The notes under the pieces: generated by a model
Told to the model about the DNA's origin: nothing
Database searches by the model: none
What the model saw: only the letters and a program-made list of their open reading frames with translations
Virus record (IMG/VR): IMGVR_UViG_3300028629_000021
Coordinates: 1-40,634 of that record
Direction: 5' to 3' (one strand)
DNA length: 40,634 nt
Origin: a virus
Lineage: Duplodnaviria; Caudoviricetes
Made by a program: the position numbers and the translations under genes
Part shown: positions 1-8,301 of the stretch, one piece after another
Numbering within the stretch: position 1 is the stretch's first letter
Layout: each line of letters starts with the position of its first letter

Positions 1-99
1 GCGATACGCTGTCTTCCAGGGGTTAAGTCCCATGATAGCAGCAACGTCGCTGCCGCCGATACCGCGCCTTCTTTCCTCAAGCCATTGCGCGTGATCCAT
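1..99 (-). CDS. YqaJ/lambda-exonuclease-like recombinase, N-terminus (runs off window)
   Basis: Manual translation MDHAQWLEERRRGIGGSDVAAIMGLNPWKTAYR matches the WL..RR.GIGGSD.AAI.GL.PW.T signature. AAGGAG RBS upstream. Confidence 0.85.
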   Translation of the reverse strand, partial: MDHAQWLEERRRGIGGSDVAAIMGLNPWKTAYR

Positions 100-110
100 C
101 TTTTCTCCTT

Positions 111-209
111 TCATTCGTCAATCCCGCAGGGTAAGTCACAGAGAATCATGTCAATGCTCTTATCGGCCAGCGTAGGCATAATTTCTAAGCAATCGCCGTT
201 GTAAATCAT
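111..209 (-). pseudogene. Truncated N4/N6 DNA methyltransferase (32-aa N-terminal remnant)
   Basis: MIYNGDCLEIMPTLADKSIDMILCDLPCGIDE* resembles the start of beta-class MTases (GDCLE..M....D.SIDMILCDLPY). It stops just after the catalytic motif. Confidence 0.75.
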
Positions 210-252
210 GATCTAATCACCCCCAGGGTGGCTAACGAGGCTGATCAGTTCG

Positions 253-552
253 TCAAGGTGTGGGTTCATTGGGAACCTCCTCATATGTTTCAGCAAAAAT
301 ATCTGGTTTACACGGATAAAATTCCCCCGCTACTCCCCTTATTATCATATCGCCAATAGACGCAAGATGAGACCCCTCAAGAGTGAATATTTTCAATCCT
401 TCTTTTCTAACAACTTCTTCGTACTCTTCCCATGCCCAATGAAGAGCAGATTCGTGCAGTCCTGTAAAAGAGATCACTTCTTTCAAGTTATCTCCCGTCC
501 ATTTTATAGCTGTTATAACTACTGGTTTTTTCACATATTTTTTAATATTCAT
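253..552 (-). CDS. Conserved phage hypothetical protein
   Basis: KYVKKPVVITAIKW...TLEG....GD.IIRGV.GEFYPCKPDIF..TY is a recurrent phage family. GGAGG RBS before the ATG at 552. Confidence 0.8.
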   Translation of the reverse strand: MNIKKYVKKPVVITAIKWTGDNLKEVISFTGLHESALHWAWEEYEEVVRKEGLKIFTLEGSHLASIGDMIIRGVAGEFYPCKPDIFAETYEEVPNEPTP

Positions 553-761
553 CCCTTCACCTCCCTTTCCTGCCACCACCACCCCGCCACCAGTTCGGGG
601 AAGCGGATCTCGTCCATGAGCCAGTCAGTAAATACTTCTACTATAAAGTTAGCTGTTGGATTCAGGGTTAGTGTTTTGTCCCACTCGCCTGCCGCAAATA
701 TGGTCATATCCTTTCCAAAATTATCAACTTTCGCGCTTTTGTTATTCCGCATTTTCGCCAC
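549..761 (-). CDS. Hypothetical protein
   Basis: 70-aa ORF overlapping both neighbours in the leftward operon. Confidence 0.4.
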   Translation of the reverse strand: MAKMRNNKSAKVDNFGKDMTIFAAGEWDKTLTLNPTANFIVEVFTDWLMDEIRFPELVAGWWWQEREVKG

Positions 762-1132
762 CCTGCGGCTTTAAAACAATACCCAGGGTTAGCTGATCTG
801 ATCTTGTCCGCATTGACATAGGTATAATGCCTCTCACCAGGCCAGCAGAAATCAGCAATGGCGTCAGCCTGCCGGATAAGCTCAGATGACTGATGGGAAC
901 TCTCATTGCGGAAGACGGCACAGTTGACTCCTTGTTGTCCGCTGCCATCAATGAATTTTCGCCAAACAAAGAGGGCATCTCCTTCCCAAGTTCTAAGGAC
1001 AATCTTTTCGCCGGGGCCGCAGAACAACTTGACGGTTCTCCCGTCTTTGTATCTTCTGCGGCTATAATGTCGCTCGTAAAGTTCCTTGCAGACTTCGTCC
1101 CCATCCTTTGTTATCCACCAAAGCGGCGTCAC
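704..1132 (-). CDS. Mom-like/GNAT-fold putative DNA modification protein
   Basis: ERHYS near the N-terminus and RHYTYV...NPGYCFKAAGW near the C-terminus resemble Mom-family motifs. GTG start with RBS, coupled to the upstream stop. Confidence 0.5.
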   Translation of the reverse strand: MTPLWWITKDGDEVCKELYERHYSRRRYKDGRTVKLFCGPGEKIVLRTWEGDALFVWRKFIDGSGQQGVNCAVFRNESSHQSSELIRQADAIADFCWPGERHYTYVNADKIRSANPGYCFKAAGWRKCGITKARKLIILERI

Positions 1133-1413
1133 GCCGCCTTCCTTAATGATTTCACCAGATCCCCGATGCGCTTCAGCCGGCATCGGTCGTCCCATCTTTC
1201 CTGCACCGACTCCCGCCGGGAAATCACCTCTTCCCCGCAGCAGGCCGACCCTTCATACTCGTGGACCTGGCAGGATGGCCGTCCGCAGCAGAAGTCATCG
1301 ATATGCTCGACGCATTTGACCGGCTCGGTCGGCTCCCCGCAGCCCAGGCAGTAATATTCGGGTTTCTTCCTCATTGTTTTAGTGGGTTCTTTTCCTTCGG
1401 CGGGAGAACCCAT
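1129..1413 (-). CDS. Cys-rich hypothetical protein (start may be ~1375)
   Basis: YYCLGCG, CCGRPSC and SACC motifs. Stop overlaps the next start (GTGA). Confidence 0.55.
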   Translation of the reverse strand: MGSPAEGKEPTKTMRKKPEYYCLGCGEPTEPVKCVEHIDDFCCGRPSCQVHEYEGSACCGEEVISRRESVQERWDDRCRLKRIGDLVKSLRKAA

Positions 1414-1441
1414 AGACCTTGTTGGGAGGGAGGTTGTGGCA

Positions 1442-1618
1442 TCATTGCATGATCATCCTGTGGATCGGCACCAGAATCAGGAAATAAGCGGCGGCTACCC
1501 CGGCGGCTATCGCCAGCACCGTCCCGGCGTCCTCAAGGCGCATCATGAAGCGGTCGAGGCGGTCCTGGGTGATCCGGGCGCGGAGACGCCGGACGACATT
1601 AAAATTGGTGGCTAACAT
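1442..1618 (-). CDS. Small membrane protein (58 aa), first gene of leftward operon
   Basis: AGGAG RBS; MLATNFNVVRRLRARITQDRLDRFMMRLEDAGTVLAIAAGVAAAYFLILVPIHRMIMQ has one hydrophobic segment. Confidence 0.6.
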   Translation of the reverse strand: MLATNFNVVRRLRARITQDRLDRFMMRLEDAGTVLAIAAGVAAAYFLILVPIHRMIMQ

Positions 1619-1916
1619 GGCGTCGCTCCTATCATTGAGAATACCTTACAAGGTGTTCAATCCGGCCTAAAATATAGCCCTATATTGCGGCCCCCGGCAG
1701 TCCCGCACGGGGGCCGCATATCGCTTACTACATCCCTTGCCGTAACTTTTTTGGTGTCCGGAAAGCCTAAACCGGGAATGACTATTTCCTGCCCTACTAC
1801 CCGCCACATCCAACATGGCGACCCTGGACCCGGCCTATTGCGGCTCTGATCCCTCTACGGGATACGCGGCCTATGCGGTGGCCGGGGAGGTTTGGGGCGG
1901 TGTTGCTTTTGGGGGT

Positions 1917-1969
1917 AGATTAGCACCGTGAGAATTGATTGTCAAGAAAAATCTTCGCGTGATGCGAAT
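1917..1969 (-). promoter_or_regulatory. Leftward promoter (PL-like) with two 17-bp operators (1919-1935, 1953-1969)
   Basis: Minus strand TTGACA-N17-TAATCT with extended TG. Operators ATTCTCAcggTGCTAAT and ATTCGCAtcaCGCGAAG. Confidence 0.8.
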
Positions 1970-1992
1970 TACATTTGAAGGGACCAGACAAT

Positions 1993-2014
1993 AAAAAACC
2001 CGCCGAAGCGGGTT
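1993..2014 (-). terminator. Intrinsic terminator (minus strand)
   Basis: AACCCGC-TTCG-GCGGGTT followed by a T-run, downstream of ORF 2064-2426. Confidence 0.85.
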
Positions 2015-2063
2015 GGGTGGGGTAGCAGGTATGCGGGGAATCGGCGGTTAAAAATTAGCCGTT

Positions 2064-2426
2064 CTACATCTCCCCGGCAGCGGCTCGTTTTTCCATCTCC
2101 GCGTTTGTTTCGGCCTGTTCAATGGCGGCTTGCTTTGCAAATATTGAGTAATAGCTATCCTGATTCAACGCCGTGATCTTATACTCGCACTTCTCATCGT
2201 ATTTAATGGTAAAGAATCCAAAGGCTACCACGGCATACCAAGGGATTAGCGCTTTCTTGTGAGTGCAGACGGTTTCCGTCCTTTTATTGTTCTTTTCATC
2301 AATCGTGGTATTGGTTACGTATTTTTTGTGGCGTGCTGCTTCGCATTCCAATATTTTTCTGAGCTTTACGTCTTCCGGTGGAGCCTTCGCATTATGCGAA
2401 TTATCGTCTTGACTTTTAATTCTCAT
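2064..2426 (-). CDS. Hypothetical protein at the usual repressor position; no HTH seen, start uncertain, possibly a remnant
   Basis: Open frame ending just before a terminator. The annotated 5' end runs through the operators. Has a hydrophobic segment ALIPWYAVVAFGFF. Confidence 0.4.
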   Translation of the reverse strand: MRIKSQDDNSHNAKAPPEDVKLRKILECEAARHKKYVTNTTIDEKNNKRTETVCTHKKALIPWYAVVAFGFFTIKYDEKCEYKITALNQDSYYSIFAKQAAIEQAETNAEMEKRAAAGEM

Positions 2427-2437
2427 GGTGATAATGT
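2385..2437 (+). promoter_or_regulatory. Rightward promoter (PR-like) with two 17-bp operators (2385-2401, 2419-2435)
   Basis: TTGACT(2409)-N17-TAATGT(2432) with extended TG. Operators CTTCGCAttaTGCGAAT and ATTCTCAtggTGATAAT. Confidence 0.8.
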
Positions 2438-2444
2438 GTGCAAC

Positions 2445-2645
2445 ATGAATCCAATCAAAAAGTTTTCCCTGGCCAATAGGGTCAGGATCAAGGAAGTGGC
2501 GAAGGAGGCGCGGTGCTCTCCTTCGTACCTATACCAGATCATAAACGGATACCGTCGCCCGTCGGCAACGCTCGCCCTCCGCATCGAAGAGGCCACCGGC
2601 GGCGCGGTGACGCTGCGGGATTTATTCCCGAAGGACGCCAAATAA
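2445..2645 (+). CDS. cro: Cro/YdaS-like HTH regulator
   Basis: IKEVAKEARCSPSYLYQIINGYRRPSATLALRIEEATGGAVTLRDL; first gene after PR. Confidence 0.9.
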   Translation: MNPIKKFSLANRVRIKEVAKEARCSPSYLYQIINGYRRPSATLALRIEEATGGAVTLRDLFPKDAK

Positions 2646-2750
2646 ACAGGGGAGGGCGGCCCAACCGGAGACGGCGGCAACATAACCCCACGCCCTCCTT
2701 TTCAATGATAACCGGAGATTTGTCAATAAAAATGTAGGGAGGGGCACGGA

Positions 2751-2963
2751 TTGAAGCTCAACGAAACCAAGGAAAACATCAGCAGCAGCTTGGAAGCCTG
2801 GATCGTGGAGATCATGGATTATTGCTGCAAATGTCAAGACATCAATCGTTCCCAACTCATCACTCGCGCCGTTAAATATTACTGCCTCGAAAAAATCTTT
2901 AAATCACATCCCGAACTCTGGCGCACAGTTTACGCGAAGGTAAATTCAGATTCAAATGATTAA
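2751..2963 (+). CDS. Ribbon-helix-helix (CopG/Arc-like) regulator
   Basis: ENISSSL...MDYCC...INRSQLITRAVKYY pattern. GGGAGG RBS with TTG start. Confidence 0.65.
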   Translation: MKLNETKENISSSLEAWIVEIMDYCCKCQDINRSQLITRAVKYYCLEKIFKSHPELWRTVYAKVNSDSND

Positions 2964-3071
2964 TCCGGGCGAAAATTACAGAAATTATTTTAATTATTTT
3001 CCTGCAAATACTGGAACCATAGGAATAACGGAGACTTAAATGGAAATCATCATCGCGGCGGGGAGGGGAGA

Positions 3072-5573
3072 GTGATTGATTCCTACCTGCAATTTCTGAA
3101 ATCGAAAATAGAGGTAGCCAAAGACAGCGGCTTTTGCATATCTCCGGCCCAGGTGTCCCGGATCTTGAAGCCACACCAGAGAGATGCGGTTATATGGGCA
3201 ATCAAGGGCGGACGCCGGGCGCTGTTTGAATCCTTTGGTCTGGGCAAGACCATCCAACAGCTTGAAATTCTCCGGCTCATCACCGAGAGAGAGGGCGGGA
3301 AAGCCCTGATAGTCTGTCCTCTCGGCGTCCGGCAAGAATTTACTCAAGACGCAAAGAACCTCTTAGGCATTGAGATTGAATATGTCCGCACTATCGAAGA
3401 GGCGCGACGGTCTGACAAGTCCATCCTGATCGCCAACTATGAGCGCGTCCGGGATGGTGATCTGGATCCTAAATTCTTCACGGCAACATCGCTTGACGAA
3501 GCATCTGTTTTGCGCTCCTACGGTTCCAAGACATATCAATCATTCCTTAACCTGTTCAAGGGCGTCAAATACAAATTCGTCTGCACGGCCACGCCTTCCC
3601 CTAACAAATTCAAGGAGCTGATTCATTATGCCGGGTACCTGGAAATCATGGATACCGGCCAGGCATTGACGCGCTTTTTCCAGAGGGATAGCACGAAGGC
3701 GAATAACCTGACCTTATACCCCCACAAAGAAAATGAATTTTGGCTCTGGATGTCCTCGTGGGCGCTTTTTATTACCCGGCCCTCTGATCTTGGCTATGAC
3801 GACACCGGCTATGACCTGCCCCCGTTCGATGTTTTCTATCATGAGGTACAAGTTGACCACGGGTCGGCGCCATCGGGAAAAGACGGCCAGGGTAAGTTAT
3901 TTAGAGACGCGGCGTTGGGGCTGAAAGAGGCGGCAAAGGAAAAACGGGACAGCATCCCGGCCCGGATCGATCGCATGATGGAGATCATCGAGGATAACCC
4001 GAATGATCATTTTATCCTCTGGCATAACCTGGAAGCCGAGCGCCATGCAATCAAGAGGGCCCTCCCTTCATCTTTCGATGTCTACGGTACCCAGGACATG
4101 GATGTCCGGGAACAGCGGATCATCGATTTCAGCTATGGCCGCCTTCAATACCTCTCCACAAAACCCGAAATAGCGGGGCAGGGCTGTAATTTCCAGAGGT
4201 TTTGCCATAAGGCCATATTCCTCGGAATCGACTATAAATTCAACGATTTCATCCAAGCTATTCACCGCATCTATCGCTCTCTGCAGGATAGCAAGGTCGA
4301 AATTCACATCATTTATACCGAATCGGAAAAGCAGATCCTTGAAACCCTTCTGGAAAAGTGGAAACAGCATGATTATCTGGTTCAAAACATGGTCAACATC
4401 ATTAAAAGATACGGCCTGTCGAATACCTCGATTGCCGAAAAAATGTCACGATCAATAGGGGTGAAAAAGGTGGAAGTTAAAGGAAATAACTTTACCGCCG
4501 TCAATGATGATTGCGTTGTGGAGACGGCCCGGATGGCCGACAACAGCGTTGACCTGATCCATACGTCAATACCTTTCAGCAATCATTACGAATATACGCC
4601 TTCTTATAACGACTTCGGGCACAATGAAGGAAACGCCCGGTTTTTTGAACAGATGGACTTTTTAAGCCCGCAGCTTCTCCGGATCCTGAAACCTGGCCGG
4701 GTGTTCGCCTGTCACGTCAAGGACCGGATCCTTTTCGGCAACACTACGGGTACCGGGATGCCAACCGTGGATCCTTTTCATGCGGAGTGCATTCATCATT
4801 ACATCAAACATGGTTTTCAATTCTTCGGAATGATCACCGTCGTTACCGATGTTGTCAGGGAGAACAATCAGACATACCGGCTTGGATGGACGGAGCAATG
4901 TAAGGACGGGACGAAAATGGGCGTAGGTTGCCCGGAATATATCTTGCTCTTCCGAAAGCTCCCCTCTGACACAACGACCGCTTATGCCGATGTTCCTGTA
5001 ACCAAAAGCAAAACCGACTACACCCGTGCCCAATGGCAGCTTGACGCACATGCTTTTTGGAGGTCATCGGGAAACCGCATGATGTCGAGTAAGGAAATCG
5101 CCGACCTTCCCATTGAAAACATGCAGCGGATCTATCAACGGGCAAGCCGGGGCAATGTCTATGATTATGCGGAGCACGTAGCCGCGGCGAAGGTCCTGGA
5201 CGACCAGGGCAGACTTCCGGCCACGTTCATGGTCATCGGTCCGGGATCGTGGAGTGACGGCGTCTGGGATGACATTAACCGGATGAAGACCTTGAACACT
5301 AACCAGTCCCGGAAATGTCAGGTGATGCACGTTTGCCCCCTGCAACTGGATATTATTGAGAGGATCATAAACCGGTACAGCAATCCCGGTGAGCTTGTGT
5401 TCGATCCCTTCGCCGGTCTGTTTTCGGTGCCGTATGTTGCAATCAAGATGAAACGGAAAGGCTACGGTATAGAATTGAACCCGGACTATTTCATTGACGG
5501 CATGGCCTATTTGCGGGCGGCGGATATGGAGATCGAAGCACCGACCCTGTTTGACGCGGTGGTGGCCCAATGA
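3072..5573 (+). CDS. SNF2-like helicase fused to N4/N6 DNA methyltransferase
   Basis: Helicase motifs GLGKT, LDEAS, TATP, QAIHRIYR; C-terminal SVDLIHTSIPF and VFDPFAG. Confidence 0.9.
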   Translation: MIDSYLQFLKSKIEVAKDSGFCISPAQVSRILKPHQRDAVIWAIKGGRRALFESFGLGKTIQQLEILRLITEREGGKALIVCPLGVRQEFTQDAKNLLGIEIEYVRTIEEARRSDKSILIANYERVRDGDLDPKFFTATSLDEASVLRSYGSKTYQSFLNLFKGVKYKFVCTATPSPNKFKELIHYAGYLEIMDTGQALTRFFQRDSTKANNLTLYPHKENEFWLWMSSWALFITRPSDLGYDDTGYDLPPFDVFYHEVQVDHGSAPSGKDGQGKLFRDAALGLKEAAKEKRDSIPARIDRMMEIIEDNPNDHFILWHNLEAERHAIKRALPSSFDVYGTQDMDVREQRIIDFSYGRLQYLSTKPEIAGQGCNFQRFCHKAIFLGIDYKFNDFIQAIHRIYRSLQDSKVEIHIIYTESEKQILETLLEKWKQHDYLVQNMVNIIKRYGLSNTSIAEKMSRSIGVKKVEVKGNNFTAVNDDCVVETARMADNSVDLIHTSIPFSNHYEYTPSYNDFGHNEGNARFFEQMDFLSPQLLRILKPGRVFACHVKDRILFGNTTGTGMPTVDPFHAECIHHYIKHGFQFFGMITVVTDVVRENNQTYRLGWTEQCKDGTKMGVGCPEYILLFRKLPSDTTTAYADVPVTKSKTDYTRAQWQLDAHAFWRSSGNRMMSSKEIADLPIENMQRIYQRASRGNVYDYAEHVAAAKVLDDQGRLPATFMVIGPGSWSDGVWDDINRMKTLNTNQSRKCQVMHVCPLQLDIIERIINRYSNPGELVFDPFAGLFSVPYVAIKMKRKGYGIELNPDYFIDGMAYLRAADMEIEAPTLFDAVVAQ

Positions 5574-5776
5574 CCCCTTCCTGTCGCAACTGTAAGCACG
5601 CCTACTTGCGGACCAAAGAGACGGCCCACTACAATTTCGAGTGCTGCGGGATAGGCGCGGCCCCTCTGGTGGTCAACATGCCGTCAGATGCCAGGTGCGA
5701 TTTATGGGACCGGCGGACCATTGAAGCCCTGCCGCCCCGGAGCAATATCGTATGGGGAGAACCATTGGAACTATGA
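5570..5776 (+). CDS. Small Cys-rich hypothetical protein
   Basis: CRNCKH motif; ATGA overlaps on both sides. Confidence 0.6.
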   Translation: MTPSCRNCKHAYLRTKETAHYNFECCGIGAAPLVVNMPSDARCDLWDRRTIEALPPRSNIVWGEPLEL

Positions 5777-6417
5777 CCCCAACATTCAAATGCCACAAGC
5801 TCAATAATCAAATCCCCGTTTCCCGGTGTCTTGCTAACCAGGCGAAGGGGCTCGCCTTTTTCGGACCCAACGCCGGGAAATATCAAACATGCCCCTGCGA
5901 CCAGGGGATAAAAATCAAGGAGGAAAATCAGATGGGGACTGCGGCGGTCAAGAAGCATTGTGAGGACTGTGGGCGAACCATTTATAATGGCCGGTTTTGC
6001 AGCGCCTGCGCCACAAAAATCAAAAAGCGGCCCCTTGTCATCTGCAAAGAGTGCGGGCGGGAAATGCCGCATCAGGGGCAGGGGATGTGTGGGAAGTGTT
6101 ACAGCAAGCTGGTTAGGAGGCCAAAGCTTCGGGCGGCGAAAGAGAAGGCAAAGACCACCGAACCCGCGCCCATCTATGACCCCTTCCTTGACGCCCCGGT
6201 CCCAGATCCCAAGCCGGAAAAGTTTGTGGTGGTCCCGGTCAAGGCGAAGGAACCGGAACCGGCCCCCGTCCTGTCCCTACCGATCGCCGATGACCTGGAC
6301 CGGAAGGTCCTGGAATTCATCAACTCGGAGGCCAGACGTTGCCGGCGGACCCCGGAGCAGCAGGCGATGTGGATGCTGCAAAGCCACCTGCCGGAAAGCA
6401 CGGGGGAGGCGGCATGA
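5773..6417 (+). CDS. Zn-finger-containing hypothetical protein
   Basis: Several CxxC pairs (CEDCG, CSAC, CKECG, CGKC), a Pro-rich linker and an Arc-like C-terminus (RCRRTPEQQAMWML). Confidence 0.65.
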   Translation: MTPTFKCHKLNNQIPVSRCLANQAKGLAFFGPNAGKYQTCPCDQGIKIKEENQMGTAAVKKHCEDCGRTIYNGRFCSACATKIKKRPLVICKECGREMPHQGQGMCGKCYSKLVRRPKLRAAKEKAKTTEPAPIYDPFLDAPVPDPKPEKFVVVPVKAKEPEPAPVLSLPIADDLDRKVLEFINSEARRCRRTPEQQAMWMLQSHLPESTGEAA

Positions 6418-6635
6418 ACCGCCGAATGTCATATCAATGGGCATTTATTTTTGTAAATACGATAACTTATGCGTTGATACAAGTAATATGTATCATCGGC
6501 ATAGAAACGGGCTGGTGGTTCCCGCCTTGGGCCGGTGGGGTGATTTATGTCGTGATGCTGGCGATATCCGGTTGGAGCGGGCTCATGGTGGCCGGTGCAG
6601 TCAAGGCCCTGGGGAAGTTGTATGACAATTATTAA
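6414..6635 (+). CDS. Two-TM membrane protein
   Basis: GGAGG RBS, ATGA overlap, two hydrophobic stretches. Confidence 0.6.
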   Translation: MNRRMSYQWAFIFVNTITYALIQVICIIGIETGWWFPPWAGGVIYVVMLAISGWSGLMVAGAVKALGKLYDNY

Positions 6636-6650
6636 ACCATCACTTTAAGG

Positions 6651-7070
6651 GTGGACGTGAAAGAGCTTAAAATTACCATACCTGGCTCAGTGGTGAGCAA
6701 GAAGAACTCAAAGCAGGTGACGATGATCGGCGGGAAAAACTGCCCCCGCCGTCCTATGATCCTACCGTCGAAGGCATACAAGGCATGGGAAAGCCAGGCG
6801 CGTCAATCCGCCTGGGGCAGGGCGATCATTCCGCCCCTGACCTGCGACGTTCATGTTGAAGCGCACTTCTTCTATCGCGGCAACCAGCCGGACCTTTCCG
6901 GGGCGATGGAAAGTATAGCCGACTGCCTGGAGGGGGTATTCTACGCCGATGACAAACAGATCATGTCATGGGATGGTTCCCGGTTGCATCATGACAAATA
7001 CTGCCCCCGGACCGAGGTGACGGTTAGGTGGGAGGAAACGCAAAGGGAGATGTTTGGAGGGCGGGAATGA
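6651..7070 (+). CDS. rusA: RusA-family Holliday junction resolvase
   Basis: SKKNS, PSKAYKAW, PDLSG..ESIADCLEG..Y.DDKQI, PRTEVTV. Confidence 0.9.
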   Translation: MDVKELKITIPGSVVSKKNSKQVTMIGGKNCPRRPMILPSKAYKAWESQARQSAWGRAIIPPLTCDVHVEAHFFYRGNQPDLSGAMESIADCLEGVFYADDKQIMSWDGSRLHHDKYCPRTEVTVRWEETQREMFGGRE

Positions 7071-7071
7071 C

Positions 7072-7887
7072 ATGAGCAAGGCTCCGGCGTTCCAGTTCTA
7101 TCCCGCCGACTGGCAGCGGGATTTGGAGGAGCACCCCCTTGAAATTGAGGGCGCCTGGATCAGGATATGCTGCAAACTATGGTGGTCAGAAACAAGAGGC
7201 AAATTGACCCGTTCCGTTGATCAATGGGCGAAGATTTTGAGGGTTTATCCACAGGATGCAGAACGAATAATTAACTACATCAATTCTGAGAAAATTGGTG
7301 ATGTTTTGACCGATTCTAACGGAAACCTAACGGTAATATCACGGCGAATGATGAACGACGAAAAAGAGCGCATTAATAACCGCTTACGGCAAAAAAGGCA
7401 TTACGACAAAAACAAACCTAACGCCCCAATAACGCCGACCTCACAATACTCTTCTTCTTCATCTTCTTCTTCAAAGAAAAAAGAAAGTAATAAAGAAAAA
7501 GTCGAATTTGCCAATTCGCTTTTTCAGAACATACCAGAGACGCTTATGTCGAAATGGAAAGAATCCTGTCCCGGCATAGACATAAAGCGCGAAATCGCCA
7601 AAGCAGAGGCGTGGGTAATATCCAACCCAAAGTTAAAGAAATCGAATTGGAGTAGGTTTCTGACTAACTGGATGGTCCGGGCGCAAGATCATGCCAAAGG
7701 AGCAATGACGAATGAATACAGGAACAACGGCAATCGCCGATACGGACGCAGTGACGCAGTGCCGGATGCATCCCTCGACGCCCTTGCCAGGGCAGAAGAG
7801 GAGTACGAGAGGGCTAAAGCTGCCGCCCCTGGTGGTTCCCGAAGAGCAGCCGTCGGCGACGATGTGCCGGATTTTGCAATGCAATGA
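7072..7887 (+). CDS. Phage replication initiator (YdaU/DUF1376-like)
   Basis: KAPAFQFYPADW...LEIEGAWIR N-terminus, Ser-run linker, C-terminal W.RFL.NW..R; internal short repeats. Confidence 0.75.
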   Translation: MSKAPAFQFYPADWQRDLEEHPLEIEGAWIRICCKLWWSETRGKLTRSVDQWAKILRVYPQDAERIINYINSEKIGDVLTDSNGNLTVISRRMMNDEKERINNRLRQKRHYDKNKPNAPITPTSQYSSSSSSSSKKKESNKEKVEFANSLFQNIPETLMSKWKESCPGIDIKREIAKAEAWVISNPKLKKSNWSRFLTNWMVRAQDHAKGAMTNEYRNNGNRRYGRSDAVPDASLDALARAEEEYERAKAAAPGGSRRAAVGDDVPDFAMQ

Positions 7888-8248
7888 ATGGGAGCTGGAA
7901 GAAAACGCCGATTACAAACTGCTGCGCAATACGCTGATAGCATATGCAAAAGCGGGCGATGAACGGAATTGGGATCAGTTCAGGGCAAAGCTGAAGAACC
8001 AGGAGATATTGACGATTTGGGCCATGATCCTGAGCGAGTGCGCCCGGAATGGGTTTATGGGTCCCTATGTCCACGACGGGCGAATCAGGTGGCGTCAGGT
8101 GATAACAGCGGGAGAATTCAACCGGCTGGATTTGTGCGTCATGTGCGAGCGGTTGTGCGATGTCCGGGAAGAGGTGAGCACCGGGCGGGCAAAGTGGAAA
8201 AGGCAGCATGTCAAGGGCTATCAGGAACCAACGCCGTGCTGGAGGTAG
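7862..8248 (+). CDS. Hypothetical protein (start uncertain)
   Basis: Frame filling the gap after the initiator; CVMCERLC motif. Confidence 0.5.
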   Translation: MCRILQCNEWELEENADYKLLRNTLIAYAKAGDERNWDQFRAKLKNQEILTIWAMILSECARNGFMGPYVHDGRIRWRQVITAGEFNRLDLCVMCERLCDVREEVSTGRAKWKRQHVKGYQEPTPCWR

Positions 8249-8301
8249 AATCGGCCATGAACAGGAGAGGGTTTCTTTGATGAGTTTAAGGAGGAGAAAC
8301 C

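Noticed and set aside
2259-2444. 128-aa extended Cro
   Set aside because: The extension crosses the PR promoter and operators; the HTH protein starts at 2445.
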